This document shows, in pieces, positions 35,347 through 45,691 of a stretch of 64,000 bases of DNA. Each line of letters opens with the position of its first letter. Within the stretch, counting starts at the first letter, position 1. The translations under genes were made by a program, and so were the position numbers. The stretch is taken from NCBI GenBank assembly GCA_902634765.1, contig CACPLH010000001.1, positions 44,533 to 108,532 on the forward strand, written 5' to 3'. The notes under the pieces were generated by a model. It worked only from the letters and a program-made list of their open reading frames with translations. It was not told the DNA's origin and made no database searches. The DNA is from an uncultured Pelagibacteraceae bacterium (GTDB taxonomy: Bacteria; Pseudomonadota; Alphaproteobacteria; Pelagibacterales; AG-422-B15).

Positions 35347-35526
35347 ATGAGCTCACCAGATAAAAAAAATTATCATTCTCAAGTTTCTGAAAACGTTAAT
35401 AGTAAAAAAGTCAGTTGTAATGGCGGTGGAGGAGCTCTTGGACACCCAAAAATATATCTTGATATGGGAAAAGAAAATCAAATTATCTGTCCTTACTGTA
35501 GTAAAATTTTTATTCTAGAAATTTAG
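35347..35526 (+). CDS. Zinc-finger (zf-CHCC, NDUFS6 C-terminal-like) small protein, 59 aa
   Basis: Absent from the ORF track because it is under 60 aa. My translation is MSSPDKKNYHSQVSENVNSKKVSCNGGGGALGHPKIYLDMGKENQIICPYCSKIFILEI. The C-x8-HP...CPYC pattern matches this family. Confidence 0.65.
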   Translation: MSSPDKKNYHSQVSENVNSKKVSCNGGGGALGHPKIYLDMGKENQIICPYCSKIFILEI

Positions 35527-35529
35527 TTA

Positions 35530-38319
35530 ATGACTGAAAAAAACCATCTATTTTTAATCGATGGCTCTGGATATATTTTTAGAGCTTATTATGCCCTGCC
35601 TCCTTTATATAGAAAAAGTGATGGACTTCCAACAGGAGCAGTTAATGGTTTTTGTAATATGATTTATAAATTAGTTGAAGATACAAATCGTGATGTGAAA
35701 CCATCACATATAGCTGTTATATTTGATAGTGCAAGAAAGACATTTAGAAATGATATTTATAAAGATTATAAAGCAAATAGAGGAGAGCCTCCTGAAGATT
35801 TAATTCCTCAGTTTCAAATAATAAAAGACTCTGTAAAAGCTTTTGGCATTCAATCTATTGAATTATCTGGATTTGAGGCTGATGATATTATTGCTACATA
35901 CGCACGCATTGGAAATGAAAAGGGATGGAAAGTTTCAATCGTTTCTTCAGATAAAGACCTTATGCAGATTGTAGACAGTAATATTTCACTTATTGATACA
36001 ATGAAAAATAAATCAATTGGACCAAATGAAGTTATGGAAAAATTTGGAGTTGAACCTAAAAAAGTAATAGATGTTCAGGCTTTGGCAGGTGACAGTTCAG
36101 ATAATGTTCCAGGGGCACCGGGTATAGGAATTAAAACAGCAGCAACATTAATTAACGAATTTGGAAACCTAGAAAATTTACTTAAAAACTGTCATCAAAT
36201 AAAGCAGAATAAACGACGAGAGACATTAGAAAATTTTCAAGAGCAAATTTTAATAAGTAAGAAGTTAGTTACGCTTAAAAATGATGTAAGTGATATTCCT
36301 ACAATTGACCAACTTAAAAGCACTAAAGCAAATATAAACGAACTAATTCCATTTTTATCTGATTTAGAGTTAAATAAATTAGCTGACAGAATAAAGAAAA
36401 AAAATCCTAAAGTTGATCTTTCTGCTAGTAAAAATGAAAATAAGGTATCAATTCCAAATTTTGAAAAAAAACCAGCTATCAAAAAAAATATTGATCAAAA
36501 CAGCAATCAAAAAACAAATTATTCAATTATAAATGATGAAAATAAACTTGAAGAAATTATAAATAAAATTTCTAGACAAGATATGTTTGTATTTGATGTT
36601 GAAACAGATTCATTAGATATACAAAAAGCAAAATTAGTTGGAATCTCTATTTGTTTTAATTTAGAAAACTCTTTTTATATTCCAATCGGTCATAAAGAGA
36701 ATACAAAACAATTACAAATTAGTCAGATTAAAAAAAAATTAGCTCCACTTTTTAATTCAGAATCGATTATTAAGGTTGGGCATAATATAAAATTTGACAT
36801 TGCAATTCTTCAAAAGTATGAAATTCAAGTAAATAGCATTGATGATACGATGTTAATGTCCCTGGTATGTGATGCTGGAATAAATCGTCATAATATGGAC
36901 GATTTGGCAAAGATTCACCTTAATCGTGAAACAATAAAATTCAAAGATGTAGTTGGTTCAGGTAAATCTCAATTAACATTTGACCAAGTTAAAATTTCTG
37001 AAGCTGTAAATTATGCTGCGGAAGACTCAGAAATTACATTTAGACTTTATAAATTATTTAAGAAAAGAATACTCAATGAGAGAAATGCGTCTGTTTATTA
37101 TGAAATTGAAAGACCACTAATAAATTCTATTTCAAAGATGGAAACAAATGGAATGAAAGTCGATAATAATTACCTGAAAAATTTATCTAATGAATTTGAG
37201 CTAAGAATTAAAAATGTTGAAAAAAAGATTTTTAAGTTAGCAGGTAAAGAATTTAATATTGGATCACCTAAACAGTTATCTGAAATTTTATTTGATTTTC
37301 TAAAATTAAATCCTCCCAAAAAAACAAAGTCTGGTGAAAGATCGACTGGCATCGAAGTTTTGGAGGATCTTGCGTATGAAGGAAATAAGATTGCAGAATA
37401 TATTATTGATTGGAGGCAAATTTCAAAATTACGCAGCACTTACTCTGAAGCTCTTCAAGGCCATATATCTCAAGAAACTGGAAGAATTCATACTTCTTTT
37501 TCAATGGCATCAACAAATACTGGGAGACTAGCTTCATCAGATCCTAATCTTCAAAATATACCTATTAGAACTGACGAAGGCAGATCAATTCGTAAAGCCT
37601 TTGTAGCTGAAAAAAATAAAATAATATTTTCTGCTGACTATAGTCAAATTGAATTAAGAGTTCTTGCACACATAGCTAACGTTAATCAGCTAAAAGAAGC
37701 TTTTAATAATAATGATGATATTCATAAGATGACCGCCTCAGAAATATTTAATATTAAAATGAAAGATGTCACAAGTGACCTGAGGAGACAGGCTAAAGCG
37801 GTTAATTTTGGAATTATTTATGGAATTTCAGCATATGGACTAGCTAAACAACTCAGTATATCCAATTTTGAGGCTTCGGATTTTATAAAAAAATATTTTA
37901 ATAAATTTAGTGGAATAAAAGATTTTATGGAACACACTAAAGAGTTATGCCGGCAAAATGGTTATGTTGAAACATTATGCGGACGAAAATGTTTTTTCCC
38001 GCGAATAAAAGATAAAAATTTTGCTTTACGATCTTTTCAAGAAAGAGCTGCGATAAATGCTCCAATTCAAGGAACCGCAGCAGATATAATTAAATATGCT
38101 ATGATAAAAATAGATAAAAAGTTGAATAATGATAAAGATTGTAAAATGATTTTACAAGTACACGATGAATTAATTTTTGAAATTCAAAAGAGTAAAATTG
38201 AAAAATTTTCTAAATTAATAACAAATGAAATGCAAAACGCCCTAGAGCCTCATACTAAATTAAGTATACCTTTGATAGTTGACAGTAACTCTGGTAAAAA
38301 TTGGAATGAGGCGCATTAA
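35530..38319 (+). CDS. polA: DNA polymerase I
   Basis: 929 aa with 5'-nuclease, 3'-5' exonuclease (FDVETDSL) and polymerase motifs (DYSQIELRVLAH, QVHDELIFE). Confidence 0.95.
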   Translation: MTEKNHLFLIDGSGYIFRAYYALPPLYRKSDGLPTGAVNGFCNMIYKLVEDTNRDVKPSHIAVIFDSARKTFRNDIYKDYKANRGEPPEDLIPQFQIIKDSVKAFGIQSIELSGFEADDIIATYARIGNEKGWKVSIVSSDKDLMQIVDSNISLIDTMKNKSIGPNEVMEKFGVEPKKVIDVQALAGDSSDNVPGAPGIGIKTAATLINEFGNLENLLKNCHQIKQNKRRETLENFQEQILISKKLVTLKNDVSDIPTIDQLKSTKANINELIPFLSDLELNKLADRIKKKNPKVDLSASKNENKVSIPNFEKKPAIKKNIDQNSNQKTNYSIINDENKLEEIINKISRQDMFVFDVETDSLDIQKAKLVGISICFNLENSFYIPIGHKENTKQLQISQIKKKLAPLFNSESIIKVGHNIKFDIAILQKYEIQVNSIDDTMLMSLVCDAGINRHNMDDLAKIHLNRETIKFKDVVGSGKSQLTFDQVKISEAVNYAAEDSEITFRLYKLFKKRILNERNASVYYEIERPLINSISKMETNGMKVDNNYLKNLSNEFELRIKNVEKKIFKLAGKEFNIGSPKQLSEILFDFLKLNPPKKTKSGERSTGIEVLEDLAYEGNKIAEYIIDWRQISKLRSTYSEALQGHISQETGRIHTSFSMASTNTGRLASSDPNLQNIPIRTDEGRSIRKAFVAEKNKIIFSADYSQIELRVLAHIANVNQLKEAFNNNDDIHKMTASEIFNIKMKDVTSDLRRQAKAVNFGIIYGISAYGLAKQLSISNFEASDFIKKYFNKFSGIKDFMEHTKELCRQNGYVETLCGRKCFFPRIKDKNFALRSFQERAAINAPIQGTAADIIKYAMIKIDKKLNNDKDCKMILQVHDELIFEIQKSKIEKFSKLITNEMQNALEPHTKLSIPLIVDSNSGKNWNEAH

Positions 38320-39095
38320 TGAGTGAAGTAATAGTTTTAGTTACAGGTGGTTTTGATCCTATTCATAGTGGTCATATTTTATATTTGAAAGACGCAAAAA
38401 AACTTGGTGATAAATTGATCGTAGGAGTTAATTCTGATCAATGGCTCATTAATAAAAAAGGAAACCCCTTTATGCCCATCGATGAAAGGATGAATATAAT
38501 TTCAAATTTATCAGTAGTTGATGAAGCTATTGAATTTGAAGATGATGAATTTAATTCTGCAAGTAATGCAATTCATAAAGTTCTTCAAAAATATCCTAAT
38601 CACAAAATAATATTTGCAAATGGTGGAGATCGAAATGATGAAAATATTCCGGAGATGGATAAATTTAATGATCATCATAACGTAAGCTTTGAGTTTGGAG
38701 TAGGCGGAGATTATAAAAAAAATTCATCAAGTTGGATTCTTAAAAATTGGAATGGCACAAAAGAGATTAGACCATGGGGCTGGTATCGGGTTATTGATGA
38801 CTCTGATGACCATAAAGTGAAGGAAATACAAGTGAACCCAAAATCAAGATTAAGTCTACAATCACATAGCAAAAGATCTGAAGTCTGGACAGTTATTCAC
38901 GGTGAAGCATTTGTTACAATAAATGACAAATCATTCTTATTGAAATTGAATGAGTCAATATTCATACCTGTTGAGTCTCAGCATCGACTTGAAAATAAAA
39001 CTAATAAACCTCTAAATATAATTGAAATACAAACAGGAACTTATTTTGGAGAAGATGATATTAGAAGATATGAAGATGATTATAATAGATCATAG
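38319..39095 (+). CDS. Fusion protein: cytidylyl/adenylyltransferase-like domain plus type II phosphomannose-isomerase-like cupin
   Basis: N-terminal GGFDPIHSGH (HxGH nucleotidyltransferase). C-terminal RPWGWY...LSLQSHSKRSEVWTVIHGE cupin. Start overlaps the polA stop (TAATG). Confidence 0.65.
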   Translation: MSEVIVLVTGGFDPIHSGHILYLKDAKKLGDKLIVGVNSDQWLINKKGNPFMPIDERMNIISNLSVVDEAIEFEDDEFNSASNAIHKVLQKYPNHKIIFANGGDRNDENIPEMDKFNDHHNVSFEFGVGGDYKKNSSSWILKNWNGTKEIRPWGWYRVIDDSDDHKVKEIQVNPKSRLSLQSHSKRSEVWTVIHGEAFVTINDKSFLLKLNESIFIPVESQHRLENKTNKPLNIIEIQTGTYFGEDDIRRYEDDYNRS

Positions 39096-39098
39096 TTA

Positions 39099-40367
39099 AT
39101 GAAAGTATTATCTTCAAAATTTTATCTCTCCATATTTCTATTTTTAAACATTATTAATTTCGTAGATAGGAATATACTTTTTGCCTTTGGTGATACGATT
39201 AAAACTGAATTCAGTCTATCAAACACACAGTGGGGATTACTTACAGGATTAGTTTTTTTATTTTCTTATTCAGTTGCATCAGTTTTTATAGGTGTTTTAG
39301 GGGACCGGTTTAGTCGTACTAAGATAATTGGTATAGGGATCATTTTTTGGAGCGCCATGACTTCATTGACTGGTCTCGCAAAAAATATATCTACATTATT
39401 TATATCTAGAGCATTAATAGGAGTTGGTGAGTCATCGTTATCTCCTAATGCAATGTCTATGCTTAGTGATGTTTTTCCTCAAGAAAGAAGGGGCTTAGCA
39501 ACAGCTATATATTATTTAGGTATACCTCTCGGAGTTGGTTTTGGTTTTCTTATTGCGAGCATGCTTGGCCCTATTCTGGGTTGGAGAACTATTTTTATTT
39601 CTCTTGGGGTTATCGGTATCGTAATAGGAGTATTGATTTATTTTATGACTGAGCCAGTAAGAGGTTCATTTGATAAAAAGAATAATCAAGGTTTAGGTCA
39701 ACAAAAAATTAGCGAAATAGTAAAGCTTGCTTTTAAATCGATAACTAATTCTAGATCACTCTGGCTTATTATGTTGGGGGGTGTCATAGGCCATATACCC
39801 CTTGGCGTTGGAGGCTTTGATACGGTTTGGGCTGTTCAAGAAAGAGGATTTAAAGAGGAAGAATATACTGCAATATTTGGACTCTTTTTTGTTGTTGGAG
39901 GCTCAATGGGTGCAATTTTTGGAGGCTTTGCCGGTGACTACTTTGCAAAGCGATATAAGGCTGGTGCAATGTTAGCATTAGTTATCATTTATTCATTTTT
40001 AATACCTGCAAGTATTTATTATAGATTTGCTTCTCCTGATGAAATTTATTTCTATATCGCACTTTTCCTAATAACATTTCAAGTAACAGTATTTTATGGC
40101 CCAACTTTTGCAGCAGTTCAATCTTTGTCTCCGTATAAAGTTAGAACTTCAATACTTGCAATTTGGATACTAGGTGTAAATATTGTAGGTATGGGGATTG
40201 GAAGTTTTTTTACAGGATATCTCTCAGACACACTCTTTTCAAATTTTGAATATCCTTTATCTTGGTCTACTTCTTTGATGGCAGCATTTACCTTTCTTTC
40301 ATTGATTTGTTATCATCTCTCTAGAAAAACTTATGATGAAGATATAAAAAAAGCTCAATTAATTTAG
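39099..40367 (+). CDS. MFS transporter
   Basis: 422 aa, about 12 TM helices, MFS loop motif GVLGDRFSRTKII. Confidence 0.8.
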   Translation: MKVLSSKFYLSIFLFLNIINFVDRNILFAFGDTIKTEFSLSNTQWGLLTGLVFLFSYSVASVFIGVLGDRFSRTKIIGIGIIFWSAMTSLTGLAKNISTLFISRALIGVGESSLSPNAMSMLSDVFPQERRGLATAIYYLGIPLGVGFGFLIASMLGPILGWRTIFISLGVIGIVIGVLIYFMTEPVRGSFDKKNNQGLGQQKISEIVKLAFKSITNSRSLWLIMLGGVIGHIPLGVGGFDTVWAVQERGFKEEEYTAIFGLFFVVGGSMGAIFGGFAGDYFAKRYKAGAMLALVIIYSFLIPASIYYRFASPDEIYFYIALFLITFQVTVFYGPTFAAVQSLSPYKVRTSILAIWILGVNIVGMGIGSFFTGYLSDTLFSNFEYPLSWSTSLMAAFTFLSLICYHLSRKTYDEDIKKAQLI

Positions 40368-41968
40368 ATGCTAACAGGACCCGAAGATTTAACGTTTTCA
40401 TCAACATCATTTTCAAATTGGGTAAAGTTATCAATAAACATTGAAACCAACTTTTTTGCTTGCGTATCATAAGCGCTTGGATCTTCCCAAGAATTTTTTG
40501 GATCAAGAATTTTAGTATCTACATTATTTACATTAAGAGGGACTAAAAAACCAAAATTTTCGTCTTTTCTCATTTCAGCATCCGCTAACTCGCCTGATAA
40601 CGCTGCATTCAAGAGAGTTCTTGTATCTTTTATGCTAATTCTTTTTCCAACACCATAAACTCCACCAATCCAACCCGTATTAACAAGCCAACAGTTTACA
40701 TTGTGTTCCGAGATTTTGTTTTTCAGAAGGTCTCCATATTCAATGGGATTTCTAGGCATGAATGGACTTCCAAAACAAGTCGAGAAGGTTGCCTGAGGTT
40801 CTTTGCCTAAGCCCATCTCAGTTCCAGCAACTTTAGCTGTGTATCCTGATAAAAAGTGATACATAGCTTGAGAAGGTGAAAGTTTTGATATAGGAGGCAA
40901 AACTCCAAACGCATCAGCGGTTAACATAATTATGTTTTTTGGATGATTTGTTTTGCCACTTAGAGTTACATTTGGAATAAATTCTAATGGGTAGGCCCCA
41001 CGAGTATTTTCTGTTATAGAATTATCATCTAAATCTAGCGTACCATCTGATTTGAGAATTGCATTTTCGATTACAGTTTGTTTCATCTGTGTTGTAGCAT
41101 ATATTTCTGGCTCAGCATCTTCCGAAAGTCTTATAAGTTTGGCATAGCATCCACCTTCAAAATTAAAAAGGCCATCGTCTGACCAGCCATGTTCGTCATC
41201 ACCCAAAAGTGATCGATTTGGATCAGCACTTAATGTAGTTTTTCCAGTTCCTGAAAGACCAAAAAAAATAGATGAATCTCCATCTGGGCCAGTATTTACT
41301 GAACAGTGCATTGGCATAATATTTTTTTCAGGTAGAAAAAAATTTAAAAGAGTAAAAACAGATTTCTTTGTTTCACCTGCATATTCAGTACCACAGATTA
41401 AAATTAATTTTTTTTCTAAATTAACTACAATTGCTGTCTCACTATTTGTCCCATGAATTTTTGGGTTCATCTTGAGATGAGGGAAATTAATAATTGTAAA
41501 TTCACTCTTATAATTTTGTAGCTCAGCTTCTGTTGGCCTTACCAATAAGTGCCTTGCAAATAATCCATGCCATGCAAACTCTGTCATTATAGTGACTGGT
41601 AGTGAATTTTTTCTATCGGCACCTCCGAATAGATCGTGAATATAGATTTTTTTATTTTTTGAATATTCTATAAAGCTATCTAAGATTTTGTCGAAGTTTT
41701 CACTAGATATTTCAACATTAGTTTTTCCGAAGTGTATATTTGCTCCATGTACTTTATCTCGAACAAAAAATTTATCGTTAGCTGATCGACCAGTTTTTTT
41801 GCCAGTCTTAACTACCAGCGCTCCATGTTTTGATAGTTCTCCTTCACTATTTTCTATAGCTATATTATACAGTTTTTCAGATGTGAGATTTCTATAGATC
41901 TCTGATGCATTACTAATAAATGCTGAATTTAAGCTATTTTCCATAATCCTAAAACTTGTGTTTGCCAA
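40364..41968 (-). CDS. pckA: Phosphoenolpyruvate carboxykinase (ATP)
   Basis: GLSGTGKTTLS kinase-1a motif and the DDEHGW motif. 534 aa. Confidence 0.95.
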   Translation of the reverse strand: MANTSFRIMENSLNSAFISNASEIYRNLTSEKLYNIAIENSEGELSKHGALVVKTGKKTGRSANDKFFVRDKVHGANIHFGKTNVEISSENFDKILDSFIEYSKNKKIYIHDLFGGADRKNSLPVTIMTEFAWHGLFARHLLVRPTEAELQNYKSEFTIINFPHLKMNPKIHGTNSETAIVVNLEKKLILICGTEYAGETKKSVFTLLNFFLPEKNIMPMHCSVNTGPDGDSSIFFGLSGTGKTTLSADPNRSLLGDDEHGWSDDGLFNFEGGCYAKLIRLSEDAEPEIYATTQMKQTVIENAILKSDGTLDLDDNSITENTRGAYPLEFIPNVTLSGKTNHPKNIIMLTADAFGVLPPISKLSPSQAMYHFLSGYTAKVAGTEMGLGKEPQATFSTCFGSPFMPRNPIEYGDLLKNKISEHNVNCWLVNTGWIGGVYGVGKRISIKDTRTLLNAALSGELADAEMRKDENFGFLVPLNVNNVDTKILDPKNSWEDPSAYDTQAKKLVSMFIDNFTQFENDVDENVKSSGPVSI

Positions 41969-42078
41969 TTAAACATATTTCACAATTTATGTTAAGTTTA
42001 AAATGTAATAATTAGTGGGGATAAATATTAATAATATTCAGCCATGATAATGACACAAATAATATTTAAGTTTGAGAA

Positions 42079-42777
42079 ATGAAGGCTACTATAGCATTAG
42101 TTGATGATGATCGAAATATTCTCATATCTCTGGAAGAAATTCTTAAAAAAGAAGATTTTTCAATTCAAAGCTATTCAGATGGAATTTCTGCTTTAAAAGG
42201 AATGTACAGGTTTCCACCAGATATTGCTGTGATTGATATTAAGATGCCAAAAATGGATGGATATGAACTTTTTCGTAAGATAAGAGAAAAATTAAAAATT
42301 CCAGTAATTTTTTTAACTTCAAAAGATAAAGAAGTAGATCGTTTGAAAGGTTTAATGCAAGGAGCAGATAATTATGTCACTAAAGGAGGAAATTTTTCAA
42401 AACAAATCTTAGTTGAAACGATTAAAAATACTTTAAATCGTATCAAGCTTGAAACTGACCAACAGAATAGTAGTGATATAATTGTTTATAAGAATTTAAG
42501 AATGGACTGTTCAAAGCAAGAGTGTGAATGGAAAAATCAACCTTTACTTGATCCATTAACAACAACTGAATTTAAAATAATTAAAGAATTAGTTATTAAG
42601 CCGGGCATTATTAAAACTAGAGATCGTCTAATGGATGTTGCTTATAAAGATGATTTATATGTTGATGATCGCACTATAGATAGTCATGTGAAGAGAATAA
42701 GGAAAAAATTCAAGAAAATAGATCCAGAATTTCAATCTATAAACACTTTATATGGATCAGGATATCAATGGAAATAA
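42079..42777 (+). CDS. chvI: OmpR-family response regulator, ChvI/BvrR type
   Basis: IALVDDDRNIL...DIKMPKMDGYEL...PVIFLTSKD is closely ChvI-like. Divergent from pckA, as in Rhizobiales. Confidence 0.8.
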   Translation: MKATIALVDDDRNILISLEEILKKEDFSIQSYSDGISALKGMYRFPPDIAVIDIKMPKMDGYELFRKIREKLKIPVIFLTSKDKEVDRLKGLMQGADNYVTKGGNFSKQILVETIKNTLNRIKLETDQQNSSDIIVYKNLRMDCSKQECEWKNQPLLDPLTTTEFKIIKELVIKPGIIKTRDRLMDVAYKDDLYVDDRTIDSHVKRIRKKFKKIDPEFQSINTLYGSGYQWK

Positions 42778-42804
42778 ATATAATTTTCATTAATATTATT
42801 TGTC

Positions 42805-44325
42805 TTGAACAGTTTATTTAGAAAATTTTTATTTTATAATGTATTAGGATTTATAATCTTAGGATTCATATCTATAGTTGTAATAATTTTATCTAACAAT
42901 TATCAATTAAATAAACGTCTTTCTCTTATTCAAACTCAAACACTTATTTCTTATAATTATATCAATTCGACTAATTTTTCAAAAAACAATATAATCGACT
43001 TACCTCTATCTGAACTTTATGCAAGTCTTGAATTAAAAAACTTATCAATCCTAATAATAGATAAAGATAAAAATATATTATTCGATACTAAAGGATATGA
43101 CATAGAAACGGAATCTTTTCTATCTGAAGAACTAATTTCAGTTGAGACTATAGAGGGCACTCTTCAGAAAAGTGTAGAAAGTGATAACTCAAATATTAAA
43201 AGAAACTTTTTTAGTAATGTGAAGTTTAATAACTCTTTTAAAAAATCATTAGATGGCGAGAGTCAAAAATTTTTTATTAATTTTGCAAATGATCAATTAC
43301 TGCTATTTTCTATATTTCCTTTCATGTCTTTAGATGAGAGTTTATTTATTGTCGCATATGAAGATAATTCTGAAATTAATGAAATTAATAAACAAATAAG
43401 ACTAAATATTCTTCTAAGTTTTTTAGCAATTATTTTATCTTTGATGATTTTCTCCTTTTTCCTAAATTTTGTCATTTTAAGACCCATTAAAATGCTAGCT
43501 TTGTCTGCGGCAAATATTGAAAAGAATTTAAAATCAAAACCAAAAATTGATGAATTAGGAAAAAGAGGCGATGAAATAGGAGACTTATCAAAAACTCTGA
43601 ACGAAATGTTAGAAAATTTATATGAGAAAATAAACGATGCTGAAAAGTACTCTGCAGATTTAATGCATGAAATAAGAAATCCTTTAGCGTCAATTAAAAT
43701 GGCCAGTGAAGTTATTTTTGATAAAACTCCTGAAGATTACCAAAAGTTCATCGAAATGATTGAGTCAGATATTTTGAGAATAGAAAATATTATTACTGAC
43801 TATTCTGCTATGATTAAAGATGAAGTAAGATTATCTACAACTGAAGCCAAAGTATTTAATATTGAAGATTTAATTATTGAAATAGTTCATGAGTATGAGA
43901 AGCTAAATAAGACTAATATAGAATTCATATTTATTAACGATAACAGTACAAAAGATAAGTTTAATATTAAGGGTCAAGTATCTTTTTTAAGACAAGCTGT
44001 TCAAAATATTATTGATAATGCAGTTTCATTCTCAAAATGTGGAGATAAAATTACAATAAATTTATCGTCAACAAGCAATTATACCAGTTTATCAATTTCA
44101 GATAATGGACCTGGAATAAAAGAGCCAATTTTTGAGAAAATTTTTGATCGTTTTTATTCCTTAAGGGATGAAGTAGATGATACGAAAACTCATTCAGGCT
44201 TAGGTTTAAATATAGCAAAACAGATTATCGATGCGCATCAAGGCTATATTTCCGCCAATAATATTGAAGACAATAATGGAATAATAGGTGCAAGATTTAT
44301 CATTAATTTACCTATTGCCAAATGA
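42805..44325 (+). CDS. chvG: Sensor histidine kinase, ChvG/ExoS/BvrS type
   Basis: TTG start. Two TM helices flanking an extracytoplasmic segment of about 160 aa. HAMP domain, H-box HEIRNPLASI and HATPase (GLGLNIAKQI). Confidence 0.7.
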   Translation: MNSLFRKFLFYNVLGFIILGFISIVVIILSNNYQLNKRLSLIQTQTLISYNYINSTNFSKNNIIDLPLSELYASLELKNLSILIIDKDKNILFDTKGYDIETESFLSEELISVETIEGTLQKSVESDNSNIKRNFFSNVKFNNSFKKSLDGESQKFFINFANDQLLLFSIFPFMSLDESLFIVAYEDNSEINEINKQIRLNILLSFLAIILSLMIFSFFLNFVILRPIKMLALSAANIEKNLKSKPKIDELGKRGDEIGDLSKTLNEMLENLYEKINDAEKYSADLMHEIRNPLASIKMASEVIFDKTPEDYQKFIEMIESDILRIENIITDYSAMIKDEVRLSTTEAKVFNIEDLIIEIVHEYEKLNKTNIEFIFINDNSTKDKFNIKGQVSFLRQAVQNIIDNAVSFSKCGDKITINLSSTSNYTSLSISDNGPGIKEPIFEKIFDRFYSLRDEVDDTKTHSGLGLNIAKQIIDAHQGYISANNIEDNNGIIGARFIINLPIAK

Positions 44326-44371
44326 ACTATAACTGCTAAATAAAATATACAATTTAAATTAAGAGATACAT

Positions 44372-45667
44372 ATGACTGATACCAATGATTATAAAGTTGC
44401 CGACATAGAACTTGCTGAGTTTGGCAGAAAAGAAATTTCACTAGCTGAAACTGAAATGCCTGGCCTAATGGCTTTAAGGAGTGAATATGTAAATGAAAAA
44501 CCTTTAAAAGGCGCTAGAATTGTTGGTTGTCTTCATATGACAATACAAACAGCTGTCCTTATTGAAACATTGGTTGAATTAGGTGCAGACGTAAGATGGT
44601 CATCATGTAACATTTTCTCTACTCAAGATCATGCAGCTGCTGCAATTGCTAAAGCGGGTATTCCAGTATTTGCTTGGAAAGGTGAAACTGAAGAGGAGTA
44701 TTGGTGGTGTGTGAGACAAACTATTGAAGGAAAAGATGGATGGACACCAAATATGATTCTTGATGATGGTGGGGATTTAACTGCTCTTATGCACAAGGAA
44801 TACAAAGAATTACTAAAGGATGTAAGAGGTCTTTCGGAAGAAACGACAACTGGTGTTCTTGCACTTAAAAAGATGGAAACAGATGGAACTCTTATGGTAC
44901 CGGCAATTAATGTCAATGACTCTGTTACTAAATCTAAATTTGATAATCTCTATGGGTGCAGAGAGAGTCTAGTAGACAGCATTAGAAGAGCTACTGATGT
45001 TATGATGTCAGGTAAGGTTGCTATTGTTGCCGGTTTTGGTGATGTTGGTAAAGGTAGTGCCGCTTCATTACGTCAAAGTGGTGCTAGAGTTCTAGTAACT
45101 GAAACTGATCCTATTTGTGCTTTGCAAGCAGCCATGGAAGGCTATGAAGTTGTTCTTATGGATGAAATGATTAAAGAGGCTGACATTGTAGTAACTGCAA
45201 CAGGAAACAAAGATATAGTTACAGCTGATCATGTAAGAGATATGAAAGATAGAGCGATACTATGTAATATTGGTCATTTTGATAATGAGATCCAAGTTGA
45301 TGCTCTCAAAAACTATAAATGGGATGAAATTAAACCTCAAGTTCATGAAATTACGCTTCCTGATGGAAAGAGAATTATTTTATTGGCTGAGGGACGCCTT
45401 GTTAATTTGGGTTGTGCTACAGGACATCCAAGTTTTGTGATGAGTGCTTCATTTACAAATCAAGTAACAGCTCAAATGGAGTTATGGAATCACTCAGATA
45501 AATATGAAACAAAACTATATGTTCTTCCGAAGCATCTTGATGAGAAGGTTGCAAGACTACATCTAGAAAAAGTTGGTGCTAAGTTGACCAAGCTTTCAAA
45601 AGATCAAGCCGATTATATTAGTGTAACACCAGAGGGTCCATACAAACCTGAAGCTTATAGATACTAA
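44372..45667 (+). CDS. ahcY: Adenosylhomocysteinase
   Basis: 431 aa. [28 protein letters not shown]-terminus and NAD-binding GFGDVGKG. Confidence 0.95.
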   Translation: MTDTNDYKVADIELAEFGRKEISLAETEMPGLMALRSEYVNEKPLKGARIVGCLHMTIQTAVLIETLVELGADVRWSSCNIFSTQDHAAAAIAKAGIPVFAWKGETEEEYWWCVRQTIEGKDGWTPNMILDDGGDLTALMHKEYKELLKDVRGLSEETTTGVLALKKMETDGTLMVPAINVNDSVTKSKFDNLYGCRESLVDSIRRATDVMMSGKVAIVAGFGDVGKGSAASLRQSGARVLVTETDPICALQAAMEGYEVVLMDEMIKEADIVVTATGNKDIVTADHVRDMKDRAILCNIGHFDNEIQVDALKNYKWDEIKPQVHEITLPDGKRIILLAEGRLVNLGCATGHPSFVMSASFTNQVTAQMELWNHSDKYETKLYVLPKHLDEKVARLHLEKVGAKLTKLSKDQADYISVTPEGPYKPEAYRY

Positions 45668-45691
45668 TCTATAAATCGGTATTATCAGTTA

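Noticed and set aside
44326-44371. Possible SAH riboswitch upstream of ahcY.
   Set aside because: Only 46 nt of AT-rich spacer, with no GC-rich pseudoknot-forming segments. It is too short for the element.
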